Source: Lepidodermella squamata
Taxonomy: Eukaryota > Animalia > Gastrotricha
Reading direction: 5' to 3'
Assembly (NCBI GenBank): GCA_047495785.1
Contig: JBLDXI010000017.1
Coordinates: 3,534,001 to 3,598,000 of the forward strand
DNA: 64,000 nucleotides
The position numbers and the translations under genes were made by a program. The notes beneath the pieces are model-generated. The model saw only the letters and a program-made list of their open reading frames with translations. It searched no databases and was not told the DNA's origin. Each line of letters begins with the position of its first letter. Position 1 is the first letter of the stretch. Positions 38,301-52,124 of the stretch are shown one piece after another.

Positions 38301-40416
38301 TCATTCTGGGGGACGTGCGAGATGCATATCTGTTTTCGTCAACCGTTCATTTTATTACTCTGATATACATTAGTGCTGACCGTTTTGGAAGGACATACCT
38401 CTAATACATGAACATACACAAGCTTACTGTTGTGATGAAAATCATCCGGTGAAGTCCGGTGAAGTTCAGATAGTGGTTTCAAGAATGAATTTCCGAGCGG
38501 ACTTCAGTTTTTAAGATTCGAAAGTTCAGAAGCGCGTCGTCCTCAAAAACAAGACAACACGACAATCAGCCTGAAAAAAGTTAGCAAAACAAAGCGACAT
38601 CAGTAGAAAACAATTTTCTATCGGCGTGAAATCTGAAAATGAAACTATGCTACGGCGACGCTAAGGCGGTGAAGTGACAGCACGACTACGGCAAAAAAAC
38701 CACGACGCGCGAGTGGACCGTATGACTAGGCTCAGTATTACCATAGAACATTACCAAATTACCAAATTGCCCGCCCCGAGATCTATATTAGCTCCAACCT
38801 CCAACTTAATCTCCTGAGCATTGACGGTTATGCTAGAGAGGGCGCCGAAAACTACAAAAATTCGCGTTTTCGTCTAATTCGTTTCTAATTTAATAACACC
38901 TCAAGTTCTTGAATCAATATCAAAGGCGATGCACAAGCGTAAGGCAAAAGAGCCAGTTTCTAAACCGGCAGGTAGTCAAGTGCGGATACCAACCATGCGT
39001 TGTATCAACGTATTAATGTACCACAAATATCAACATATTAGACACTAATTCTATTCTTTTCGAACGCCTGAAACCCTATCATTTAAATTCAGCGTCTGCG
39101 CTCTATTTAGGCCTTATTCTTATGAAAAATAATGAAAAATTCTACTTTGGCATTGGCATACGTTGGTTTGACTCCTGCAGTTGACTTCAACCGAACTCCG
39201 TCACGTTGTAGCTGATTCTGTAGGCGATTCGAGGTATTTGCCGATCAACAAAAGCAATACATCTCACAAGAAGTTTTTCTAATGACTGCGATATTCGCTC
39301 GAAAAATTAATTCCTAAAATTTTCAGCAAAAAGATACCAGGAAATGACGCCAAAATATGCATGCGCTATGCTCCGTTCGAATAACTGAAAACTGACACTA
39401 ACTTCCTCCAAGACTTCGCTTTACACCTGAGCACAAATTTTTGAGTCGCCATCGCGTTACAGATGCAGCCGCAACGTGACCTAAAAGTCAGATCTTGAAA
39501 TTTACTCAAGGTCGAATTTCCGTGGAATGCGTTCGCACCGGAACTGATCCAATAGGACACGTATTGTGATGTTTAAAGAAATTTATTCGACGTATTAATA
39601 TCGTAATATAATTGACAGTATTTGCAGCATAACTCAAGGACACGATTAACATATCTTGCTTTTATAAACATATTTCATCTCAGAATTTTTCACTAAATGA
39701 ATCTCGAAATGTCAAAAAGCACAGACGTTTATTGTCTGCTAAGAGTAATGCGAGAATCTATTAGGATAAAATGAGTAACATTTTGAAGCGAATCGATATC
39801 ACGATTTCTTCGCAGTAGATTCTCTACCATTCGAGGCAGTTAATGAGACTCTGCTCACATCGGTCTATCGAAGGGACTGGCCACCGAGTTTCACTCGATG
39901 TAATACCCCCACATTTAGATTTTGTCGGCATTCATACCATTTATAGAACCTTTTAAGCCTTGAAAAACGCCGTTGTCCGTTTTTCGAAATATGTCCCGAA
40001 GGTCGAAAAACATAATATAGTGTTTTGACGAAAGCCGAGCTTGTCAAAATCGTATCCATTCGCTAAAATCGCTGCCTATCGAAGGCCTATCGTTACCAGG
40101 TGACGCAAATTCGACACAGTTTGATGCGCTTTATAGAAACAATGGCCACTGAAGAGTCGCGGCCGAGAAAAGCGGCATTGCGGTCGGCCAGGTACCACAC
40201 CTGGAAGCTAAATGCGCACTAGTTCAATGCATACCTTCAACCTTGACTTTGAAGGGGTAGCAGGCTGTTTCAGATGTTAGCATTGGTACCATTGGATTCA
40301 ACGTGAAATTCTGCGCATTCTTAGCATGGAAACCCAATTGCACTCCACCGTTTTTGTGCAGTGATTTCTTTGAATATTGGAAAAATATCGAAAATTTGTT
40401 TGTCCCAAAATTCGAA

Positions 40417-41001
40417 TTATTCTTTACAAATCGACACAGAACAGTATTTCAGGCTAGGCGCTACATTTTCCCCGACGGTAAAGCTCAATCGTGGCTCTGG
40501 AAATTGAGTGTAGATGCACAACATATTTGAACTCTGACGTATCTTGAAATAGCCATTTAACTGTAATCTCTGTGCTCGTTGCATGTGCATGTGAGAGATC
40601 ATGTGAGTGATGTAAAAGGTCAGCGGCGATATAGATGAGATCATTTCATTGACAATACTATCATCGCCATCACTAATGCCCAGCCCCATTAATTCCTCAT
40701 CTTTCAAAGCATTCAAAGTTTTGTTGACTACAACCGAGATTCCGCTGCTGTTGTTGCGATTGTAGCTGATATTGCCTGATGAGTCTTCTAAAAACCGTAC
40801 AGAACCGTGGCTTCGGGCTAGAATGTCATCAACCTCAGCTTTGGGCAGTTTCGCCAGAGAGCGTCGAGTTCAGCCATGCGCCAACCGCCAGTCTGAGCAG
40901 AGGCGGAGGCGTCGAAACGCTTTGCCCCGAGTTCTTCCTCCGATCGACGCAAGCGAGACATCAGTAATGCATTTTCAGCTCTTATACGGTCAGTTTTACT
41001 C
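40417..41001 (-). pseudogene. Protein-like exon with an apparent 1-nt frameshift (possible 3' exon of the upstream Ser-rich gene)
   Basis: Acceptor at 41002. SKTDRIRAENALLMSRLRRSEEEL...AELDAL continues as LAKLPKAEVDDILARS... only after a frame change at ~40857. Confidence 0.35.
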
Positions 41002-42131
41002 CTGCCGAACAGAAAAATAGGAACTTTTTATCGTATGTTTTCAAAACATAGGAAGGAAACGCTGGAAGTAGTACATTTTGCTCAGGAACTTTTTTCAGCA
41101 CTGAACGTCGAAGTTGACGGAAATGCAACGACATACAAAAAGTTTACTCGTAAAACAAGAGTTTTATGTCTTATCAGCCTCCACGAGACATCACTACGCG
41201 CTATTCATCGCGGGGTATTACACACACTTCCCTCTCAGAGGCATTTATCAGATCGTAATAATGGTTGAGAACAGCAGACCTCGCTAAAAGTAACAACCGG
41301 ATGAGGTAGAACTTGCCAGGAATTTGTCATCTGACATCAGTCTAAAATTGCGTCTCAGCTATATGACTATCTGACGTCTGCGGCAAATACTGATCATTTC
41401 TATCCTTAGTATTTCATTTCGCTGAAAAATTGTTTCGAGAAAATCTATGTGCTGTCAAATTCTACGATGAACAAAATAAGTCCAATGCTACTGGCCCGTT
41501 TTCAGCTCATTTTTGCCTCATTAACAGCGTTGGAGTTATAATAAAGCGGAACGGTACCTGACAGAACCGCAGCTATTCTACTTCTGGGCAGTTGTTGGTC
41601 ATGGCTGACGAGCGCGCAGATTGCGAAAAAAATTAAAATGTGCGAAATAAGAAAAAAAAATCAGAAAGTTGTTCGAAAAGACGAGAAAATTGTTCTAGAC
41701 GAGTCGCCTTAGCCCACGCATTCGTCCAAGGCCTAAGCAAATCTGTATTACATCTGAACCTGTAACATTGCTACTTGACAGCGCTGTATGTATTTAATAT
41801 TAGGAATCGAATAGAAATCTTTGCGCCGACTCTAATTGAATACCTCTGATTGAATTCGATTTCGTCTTTTATTTTCAATGCTTTAAAAAGTATAATTATC
41901 AAGCACACAGTACCAAAACTTGAAAATATAAGTCGTGCAAAGAGCTCTTCTATAAAAAAAAATAGCGCAAAAAAGTTGATGAGAATTTGTAAAAAAGAAA
42001 TGAGGATTCTATTTGAATTGGCGATTAGCAACACTTATTTTCGTTTGAAGAAGACGCTACTACGTATAGAGATTTCTCCAACAGAAATAATTTTTATCAC
42101 AAGCTAGCTATCACAAATCGAAAAGATGATA

Positions 42132-43364
42132 TCAACATTTTTCTAAAAGCCTGTACGTTTCCATGTAAAGAGCTGTGAGGCGCTTAAACTGATCGTCGAA
42201 CTCCGCAAGTACAGACTAAAAAATGACATTTTTGAAAAATTCATCAGTTTTTACTTTTTTTTTATGTCAAACCTGTGGAGCAGGATTCAACCGAGATCGA
42301 TTGTTCACAGGTTTGCTAACTGGAACGTGGTGCGGCGCAGGTATTATCACTGGCGCAATTGGCTGTTCTGGGGTCGAATCTGCCTCATTTTCTTGAGATT
42401 GACGTATTTGATCTTTGATGTTGATATTCACTTTCAAGGCAGAGGGCGTCTTAGCAGCGTTTCGCTTAGCGTAAGTGGTTGCCGGAGGCTTTTTTGCTGC
42501 TGCAAGGTATGGCAACGGAGTTGCGAACGATGTCACTGGCTCAGACTTGCTGACTATACTCATTTTCCTTGCTCTAGCTCTTTGAGCAGCGACAGCAGAA
42601 AGCACATCGCCAATTAATACGCTGCTATTGCTATTGGCGTTACTGATTGGCGATGAACTTCGATCTTCGAAGCTGGCGGCGTCCCTGCTGTTGTTGCGTG
42701 AGATTATGCTTGTACGATGGCTATTTGAAATTTTTGAAATATTGCCTTGGCTAGACGTCGTAGGTAGAATTGGAAGCCTCAATTCGTGTCGCTTTCTGAT
42801 AGGTGGGCTAACAAGTACGTTGCTGGAATGTCCCGACGGGTTCGACGATGGATCGACAGATGGCCGTTCCGCGTTCGATACCACGTTTACCTGAATTCCA
42901 GACTGGACAGCCGCGGTTTCAAGACTGCCGGATTTGTCAGCAGACGAGGCATCCTGTGAGTTTTCTAAGTTGGTAGCCATATTATTGCCGTGCGTGATGA
43001 GCGGAGGTCGTCTAGTCGAAGGCATTAGTAGTTCTTGATCATTGGGTGACTTCTCCTTTGCTTTATTCGTAGCTTTGCTGGGACCCCTGAATTTAGACGA
43101 ACCTGAAGAAGGGGCCGAATTTTCACACTCGATTTTTGGGAATTTCCGAAGTTCAACGCTAGACCTACAGAACGTTGCACCAGGCAGCGAAGAAGATCGG
43201 CGATGAGAAAGAGATGGCAGAACGTGTTGACTTGGGGGTGCCGAAATCTTTTGCAGGACGTTGTATGAACGGTTTAATAACGGGTCAGTCTGATTGGAGC
43301 TATTGCTATTTAACAATACCGATGTTGATATCTGGTTACCTTCAATCCGGGGTGGTGCTAACAT
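42132..43364 (-). CDS. Uncharacterised Ser/Pro/Asn-rich disordered protein with a C-terminal helical segment (ends uncertain)
   Basis: 366-aa ORF ends at donor 42272. The next exon from 42215 reads SVLAEFDDQFKRLTALYMET in frame. No family recognised. Confidence 0.65.
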
Positions 43365-44549
43365 CAACCCAGATTTGTAATAGCCAACCCCATAACACCT
43401 ATATGTGGAAATTTACGTTTTCATATTCCGTGGCAAAAATGCGGCCTGCAAAACGATATGTGCATTTAAAAAACGAAAAAATATATATCTGACTGTTTAG
43501 CGTCGAACAGGCATTGGCGCCTCGCTGCGGTATTATCTATTATTGAAGCAATGAAATGTGTGCACTGCGTGTGATGTGTACCTTAGCAACTGCCCTGTAC
43601 TAAACTACGCTTGCGCCAATAATTGATGTTTACTATTATATTGGCTGGGTCTATAATACTATTTTTGCTGCTCGTGCCACCGCTAGTACTACCTATAACT
43701 ATTGTAAAAGGCAATGCTGCTCTTCGAGTTTCGTTTTATTCGGAAATTATTTCGTTTGTTGCGCCTTTGTAGACCGGAAGCGTGCCACTAGCCAGCGTTT
43801 TGAGGATCCATCTCAACTATTGACCTACATCCGGTCGCTGGTTTCGAAGTCGATTTATATAACACTTCTATACGTCTACTGCAGCTCTGAAATGCGACCT
43901 TGAAGAGGTTGGATCTCAGCGGCAAAGATTACGATTGCTAACATTTCCGTTGCCTAGTTGATGCCTGGGCAATAACCCTAGAAACACCAGGTCGACTCAT
44001 CCGCTCCCCCGCCGTTACTACACAAGTCTCATTAACAAAATAAGAATATAGCGCGTTTATTAAACAAAGAGGTTCCCACAAATATTACAAGAAGGAAAAT
44101 GTATTTACGAGAACATGGATGAATTCGAGGCAGTGGACGTTAGGAGCAGCGTAAAAACAAAAATAAACGGAAAATATTAATAAAATAAAAATATTTCGAC
44201 AGCTGCGTCAGATGAAAATAAAAATAAGTACAGAAATGAGATGAGGTTAATTTTGATTATCTTTTCGAAGCACCCATGAGAAGCAGATCTGTGGAAAAGC
44301 ATAAACAATGTCGATAGAAGCTCTTCTGTGGCGTATAAAATAGCACTCGGATATCATTCTAGCAGATCGTTGTGTAGTGTCATGTCAACCTCATTCGCTT
44401 CAGCAGGAATTATACCGCCGAGAAACAACACGAAATGACACCGTCTTGAAAATATTCGAACTTCAGTATATAAATTATTCGCACAGTTTTAAAGTTAGCA
44501 GGAAAAGGAGGCGAAAGGAAGGCAGCAGCTTTCTCGTTGTTGATCCGGT

Positions 44550-46139
44550 TCAATATTCTTGAGTGCAGTTAGCCCGACTCCACTGATCGGTCTTGGAAGA
44601 TTTAATTACTGCTTGAGGTACAGCTGAAAGAGAAATTAAAATTACACGAAATCGAACAAGTTTCAAGGAAAACTGACAGATTTCGTAATATCGAGCAGCA
44701 GTCAAGTGACGTTGACAAAACGCGCAGATGAATTCTTCGTCGAATTGACGTGCCATGGCGGCCATGCACCGCCCAACAATACGACGCCCGCAATGGCAAC
44801 ATTCCCTGCCGACCCTTTCTTCGTAATGATGCTTGCAAAACGGCTGACCTTCATGCGCGAAATAATACAGGCCAGCCTCGTCGAAATTGTTAACTTTCTT
44901 CATGCCGTTCAAATCGAACGCGAGCGTCGTCCCATCGTCTCCGCAATCAACGCAGCGAAAGCACTCGCGATGATACGGTTTGTCGAAGGCCACGACGTAT
45001 CGATCTGCAATAGGTGTCTGGCAGGCGCAGCACTTGGGCGAAATCTTGTCATGGAAACAGTTCCGACAGCAAGGGTGTCCCTCTTGTTCCATAAAAACTA
45101 TCAACACAACATTGGTATGAGAGGCAATAAAAAACGTCTGAGATTTTACCCTGTGCATCGCCAATAAGATTGTGACACCAATGACAATCAAAACAGCCCG
45201 CGTGATATACTGCGCCAAGTGCAGCAATCGCACCCCCTCGATCGTTGCCGATAGGAGCCGAGCAGGCTTGGCACTTGGGCGCAAAAGCAGTCAAATAGCA
45301 GGCAGTACAAAACGCCTGACCGTCCTTTTCGTAAAACGATGTTTCATGTGGATCTTGAATTTCGCCATGCTCGTAATTTTTATCAATATCAAACATAACA
45401 AAGCAGCTGGAACACGAAAAATGATGCGGATGATAAGTTCTACCACCCATGCCCTTGATTCCCTCGTTGTAAATTGGCTCCTTGCAGTGTTCGCACATTC
45501 CGACAAGTGAACGCCGCAATTTATCCATTTGCATTCGAACCCATCTAAATTGAAGCGGTAAAAAGTTACTGGCGGCAAGGAATATTGGCACTTACGGGTC
45601 CTCAGTATAGATAACGCGAAAGTCTTTCATTGATTTGGTCAACCGGTCAGCATCGCTGGGCAGCAAAGCAGCAACTGCAACTGCAGGAGGCAGAGGTTGG
45701 AAGCCACGGGTTTGTCTAACTGTTTTCTTGACAAAATGCTCGTCAGCGCGCCGACCATCCCAATCAGCACAACGCTGAGATGCCTCCCACTCCGATGGTG
45801 GCGCAGGTGTCTTAAAAATGAACAACAGTCAGAGCGGTGGTCATAATTTATCACGAGATCTAACCAAAGCAGTGGTGTATACGACATCTGTTATTTGCTG
45901 GTTTGCGGAGTTGTCGTCAAATATCTGTTGCGTTGTACCCGTCTGCACAGCTTTGGAGTCTTGCTTGATTGGTTCAGGGGGTGGCTTGATCATCAGCAGT
46001 TTTTCTGAAAATTAAAATGTTGCATTAACAGACCGTTGCACTGACTGAAATGTCAATATCAATCAAAAGGGAACATACTTTTTTGACGCCATGGCATGCA
46101 AGACATTATCACGTCATTCAGCCTTTTCATAGGGAACAT
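44550..46139 (-). CDS. Four-LIM-domain protein, paxillin/leupaxin-like
   Basis: CxxC-x-HxxxFxCxxC-x-CxxC/H LIM repeats (CEHC, CQAC, CCAC, CCHC). 5' exons assembled from ATG 46139 through GT-AG introns. LIM4 is degenerate. Confidence 0.82.
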
Positions 46140-48279
46140 TTCGGATGCTAGTTAGTAAATTAATTAGTATTTCCCTATATTAAAAAATGGAACAGCAGCT
46201 AAAAATTTCCATCGCAAACATTACGATACACTCTTTTTGGGAAATAGGCATTGTCTTACTAGCAGCCTGAGGACCTAGCCAGGATGTGATCCCATGCGTT
46301 TCAGCGCAAACATCAAGTAATATAGGGACGAGCCCAAACGCATAAACACGCATGCTCAAGTTGTACACAAACAAGCTAACTTCATAATAACCAGTTTACT
46401 TTATGGACAACGAGGGTGACGGTGCGTGTGAGACGGAGCACTAATCGTAATTCGGGGCGTAAACAGTGGCGGTATGATGATGAGAGTCACTTCATATAGG
46501 TCTCCAATTTTATAATAAGGCTGAAAACAATCGAGATTCCAACGATCATTCATCGCCCGCATAAAACCTGCGATGTTGGGAAAGCTGAATGCACAATAGG
46601 CCAACGATCAAATAGAAAGGTTAGCAACAGGTTTCTCGATACTTCATTTCATGCTTATGCCTCAAAAGATACGTACTTGACACATTTGGAGCTACGGTTT
46701 TCGGCCGATGTCGGCGCCATCGAAATTTTTTAGCACACGCACACGCAACTTTGAACTTCATCGATTAATCCAAATATTAAATAATCATTTAGCGTATGCG
46801 ATCAAATCGATTATTGATTATCGATAAAATCGATTTTGCCACGATTGAACTTTTTCAATTCTCAACGCAAACACTGCATATATAAGACAGCGGCATGTCA
46901 CCTAGACCCCATGTTCTTATCCTATGGCTAGAAAAGATACAAATACAATGGCATGCAAGAATTCAAAAGAAGTATAAAATGGCGCCGAATATTCAACAGA
47001 GGCGTACTCCAAGATAAGGTGGCAAATTAAACATATTGTTTTTAATAAAAAAAATGCTGAAGCGTATTTATTACTGCGCAAAACTCTTTCTTAACGAATG
47101 AAAAAAGTAGTGCTTTCTTTGGCAAGCGTCCAAAATTTTCATCAAGCTAGACACTTTCAAACTACGTGAAATGGGCATACAAAACGTCAAATTAATAAGT
47201 ATTCTTGTGACGCATTTGTTTAGGAGTTCAGAGTCCGAAAGGGCGATCTTTCATGCAAAGGTCGGGGTTTTCATGTTTTGGACTTTAGACTGCAAAAAAA
47301 CATAAAGCTATAATATTGGAGATGTCTTAAATTGGCATCATCCATTAGCCATTAGCAATAGTTTTGGCTAAAAATCGCCATTATTTTCATAGGTTATATA
47401 TTACCGCCGATAACTTAGTTTATGACTAACGCCAATATACTTATTAGAACTTGTTGGCCTTAACAGTTGGGTGAGGTAAACGTAGACATTTTAAAAGGTG
47501 TTAGCTAAAAGGATCCTACAAAAAAGCAGCGAGACTTGGTTTTGAATGCAGAATAAAGTCTTGATAAGAAAACGCCGGCGTCATACATCACTGAACATAA
47601 CAAAAATATACAAATCTGACAGCGACTAATGACGCCGAATGCAGCACGAAAATGTTTCTTATCCAAGCCAGATGATTACTTGAAAAAGCCGATCGGCAAG
47701 TAAGTTTTTATTTGTGCAACAGAGAAATAAGGCATCTTTTCAATCGGCGGGTTTCCTGATCGGAAAATTTCTGACAAGTACAACAGTGAATCACAAAGAT
47801 CAGAAAGTCTGACAAAATCTCAGATCTCAGCTAGTCTTTTACTCGAATTCTTTGTTTGAAGCAAAACTGAACTGACTAATAGCCTGGTATGGAATTACTT
47901 TAACCGTTGTTGGAATAAGCAATCAACAGGTGGTTTGAAAATGAATTATCAGATTACGTCCCCTCCATGAATTGAAGCTTCGATATGCTGCAAAACGTTG
48001 AGCTAGACTAGTCAAAAACTTCAAAGCTACTGTACCATAAGTCGTCCGGTACCCGGTATTAACACGATTTCGTCTCAGCTGTCTCAGCTGATTTGATGGG
48101 ACGACAACGATCACAGGTAACAAGGGGTTTCGTGCCCTCGATTTGTCCCCAAATCAGCTGATTTGTTGGCACCCTCTAATAATTTTCCTACCAAACATCT
48201 GTTTGAACGAATAGTCGAAAAAAGAATAAAGAATTATTAATTACGTAAGACTTTAATTATAAGTCAAATTGATCTGTAC

Positions 48280-48287
48280 GCGGGAAA
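48280..48287 (-). promoter_or_regulatory. E2F consensus site (TTTCCCGC) in the MCM6 promoter
   Basis: GCGGGAAA ~130 bp upstream of the MCM6 ATG. MCM genes are established E2F targets. Confidence 0.55.
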
Positions 48288-48412
48288 AATGAAGACGAAT
48301 TTTGTTGCGACCTGGCCGCCGCCGCGCGAAGTTGCTCCTTGGCTATCTCGACTACTTTTCGAATCAGTTAAGGATTTACAGAACTGTTTTTCGTCATCAA
48401 ATCATTAATAAG

Positions 48413-51211
48413 ATGGATGTTGAGCATCAAGCTTTACAGAAACCAGTTGTCCACGACCGTGCTGCTGAAAAAATTCAAGCTGTTTTCACATACTTCTTGG
48501 AAACGTAATTGATTATAAGTTATAGTTTCGCGTTGTGTTTCACTTTGAATATGCCTAGATGGAAAGAAGGCGACGCCTTGAAGTACATGCCTGCAATTAC
48601 GCAGCTGGATACTCAACCAGGCCGAAACACCATGTCTGTGGCTTATGCTGATGTTGAAGCTTATGATAACGGTTTGGCAACAGCAGTGAAGGAAAATTTT
48701 TATCGATTTTATCCTTATCTCTGCCAATCGGTCCGCAATTTGATGAATGAACGAACCAAACGCGGCGGTTCTAATGCTGATATTAACATTGCGTTCAACG
48801 GAGTTCCAGAAAAGTTGAAGTATGCCCTGTTATTCTCTAATTATACTTGAAATATTGTTACGAAATTTCCAAATTAAGGATTCGCGAACTGCGGTCGAAG
48901 CATGTTGGAACTCTCACAACAATCACAGCGCAAGTTACGAGGACACATCCCGTTCACCCTGAGCTAGTTCTGGGATCTTTTGTGTGCGGCGACTGTCAAA
49001 CAGGCATTAAAAATGTCCCTCAACAATTCAAATATTCAGAGGTTAAACTGGGAAACTGTTGCTAACGACACACTTGTATTAACCTAATTTTTTGAACTAT
49101 AGCCTGCTATCTGTCGTAATCCCGCGTGTGGCAACAAAAAGCGCTTCAAGTTGGATTTGGATTCCTCGGTTTTTGTCGATTTTCAGAAGCTTCGAGTACA
49201 AGAAGTCCAGGAAGAGCTTCCATGCGGTAGCACTCCGCGAACGTAAGGCATGTGTGTTATTTCATTAAGTTGACTATGTTGGATGTTATAGTTTGGAGAT
49301 AATTGTTCGAGGAGAATCAGTCGAAGTAGCTCAGCCCGGTGACAAGTGCGAATTCACTGGTACGCTGATTGTGGTACCTGATGTCTCTAAATTGAGCTTA
49401 CCTGGCTCTGTTGCGAAGCCGGAACAAGGACCACGGGGCGTTGACTCGGCAGAAAGCGAGTCCGGAATTCGTGGACTGCAGTCTCTTGGCGTGAGACACC
49501 TGAACTATACCCTAGCTTTCCTAGCCACGGCTGTGCGCCCCGTAAATATGCGCCTTGGCAATGTCGACTATAATCCTGAGCAAGTGGTTCCCGAATTTTT
49601 GGAGAAGACATTGGATCCTGAGCAGTGGGAGAAGATTTTCCGCATGTCGCGCGATACTGATCTATTGCCAAACATTTGCAATAGCATTTTCCCGACCATT
49701 ATCGGGAGCGATGAGATCAAGCAGGGCATTTTGTTGATGCTTTTCGGTGGTGTACCTAAAATTACTGCCGAGGGTAGCCATCTTCGTGGTGATATCAACG
49801 TGCTCATAGTAGGCGACCCTAGCACTGCCAAGTCTCAATTCTTGCGTCAAGTCGCTGCAGCAATGCCTCGTGCTGTTTACACTAGCGGTCAAGCTACATC
49901 TGCCGCTGGTTTGACTGCTGCTGTCGTTAAAGATGACGAAACGGGCGATTTTGTCATCGAAGCGGGTGCGCTAATGTTAGCTGACAACGGTATCTGCTGC
50001 ATTGACGAGTTCGATAAAATGGACATCAAAGATCAGGTAGCGATTCACGAAGCCATGGAACAACAAACGATTTCCATCACGAAAGCCGGTGTCAAGGTAT
50101 TCCTATTACGTTAACCTCTGTTTGTGATTAAAGTGTTGTTTTATTGAGAAAAGGCTACTCTGAACGCCCGAACTTCCGTCTTAGCTGCTGCTAACCCTGT
50201 CGGTGGTGTGTACGATCGTTCTCGCCCGCTACGCCACAATGTCAACTTCAGCGCTGCTATCCTTTCGCGTTTTGATTTGTTCTTCGTTCTTCTTGATGAA
50301 TGTGATCAAGTAGTTGACTACGCCATTGGACGTGAAATCGTTCAACTTCACGCGTCACGCGGCCGCTCATCTGCTGTTCATCGTATTTACTCGAAAGAGG
50401 AGATACAGTCCTATCTGATGTTTGCAAAGCATTTCAAGCCACGCATGACCAAGGCTGCCGCTGAGCATTTGTGTGCTGAGTACAAGCGGCTGCGTCAACG
50501 CGATGCCACTGGAGGTCAACGTTCTGCTTGGCGAGTTACTGTTCGTCAGCTGGAATCTCTCGTTCGCTTGTCAGAAGCATTCGCTCGCCTCCACTGCCTT
50601 GACCGCGTCGAAGTCGGCCACGCCGAGCAGGCTTGTCGTCTTTTGAGCAAATCAGTCATCCGCGTCGAACAGCCGGAGGTCTGCCTGGACGAAGAGGAAG
50701 AAATCGTCACTCCGCCACTTCCGCCAGTTGAGATTCCTGAATCTGCCCCGGTCACGCAAGGGGAGCAAGCGCCTGCTGATGCCTCAACTGGAAAGGAGAA
50801 AGTCAAGCTCACTTTGGATGAGTACCGCCGCATTAGCAACATGCTCATATGCCAACTTCGTCGAGTCGAGCGGCAGGCTGAGCAAGAAGAGAGTGCGGAT
50901 GCCGAGCAGGCTGATGGCGCCCCACCGACTGGACTCTGGCGCCGCTCCCAGTTGGTTAATTGGTACCTCGGTCAGGTTGTAGATGCCGTGGGCAGTGAAG
51001 AACAACTGCTTGCCAAGAAAAAACTGATCAAGGCTGTGATTTCCAAGCTGAAAAACGTTAGTTGACGCAACCATTTTTTCATGCGACATCTATTGTTCCC
51101 ATTTTTTAGACCAACGTTGCGATTGAGCTCAAGTGGCCGGGCGGCGCGGCAGAAGAAGATTCAGACGACCCTCTTATTACGCTGCACCCCAGTTACTCTG
51201 CTGATGACTAA
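48413..51211 (+). CDS. MCM6: DNA replication licensing factor MCM6, multi-exon
   Basis: [21 protein letters not shown], Zn-finger CxxC...CRNPAC, Walker A GDPSTAKS, Walker B IDEFDKM, SRFD arginine finger, [11 protein letters not shown]-terminal [10 protein letters not shown]. Confidence 0.96.
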
Positions 51212-52124
51212 CGTTGCCGGCATTGACTAATTTTGACCCAATGAAATTTTACCGTGTTTCCTTATTATCAATTGATAGATCTGTTCCTTTGAAGAACTGC
51301 TGTAATCTGCCATTTTCTCTTTATTCGCCCATCAAAGGGGCTTAATGCCGAAATAAATGCATGCTATCTGGTTCTTAAATACTCGTAACCATACTTTTTT
51401 ACGACAAAGACTTCAAAGTGAATTATCGGTTGTTTACTTCAATCTCGAATCCAACTACAAAGAAAGTAACGGTGATGCAAGCCATCTTCATTGAGTGGCA
51501 AACAAAAAAGCGTGTACCTGCTGCGCTCCAATAAACTTTTTTATAAATTGTTATAAGGATAAACACAACAAAACGTCGGAGAAAAGTAAATTGCATGGCT
51601 AGCATGTCAAAAATGGTACAAAGCCATGTGAAGGTGCACAACGTAATCAGTGTTTGAACCAGATCCTTCTTCCACTACTTGGATGACTGCTAGCACTAGG
51701 GTTGGGGAAGACTCAACGAGCTGTGATGCTATCGAATAGCCGAGCAATAAGCGAAAAAGTTGATTGCGATAATGACAAGAAGTTGCGAAATACTATACAG
51801 ACTAGCATCATCAGCCGATGCCGAATACTTTCGAAAAGGCATAAATTATCCAATAAAAACAACTTAATTGAGCAAATAACAATCAGACCGCCAAAAATGC
51901 GGAACATAAGATACTCGTTAACGATCAACTCAGAAGCAGCTAGTTACTATCAAGGGTGAGACTTTCAAAAAGATATAATGCACAATGTAATTGCAGCGTT
52001 TGCGATGGGCAACAGCAATAAATAAATGGGCAATGCGAAGAAAGTATTTCTGAAATCATTACGCGGCGATGAGAGGTTATCGGTTATCATAACTCAATGA
52101 GGTTCGTAAAACAATCAAAACATG

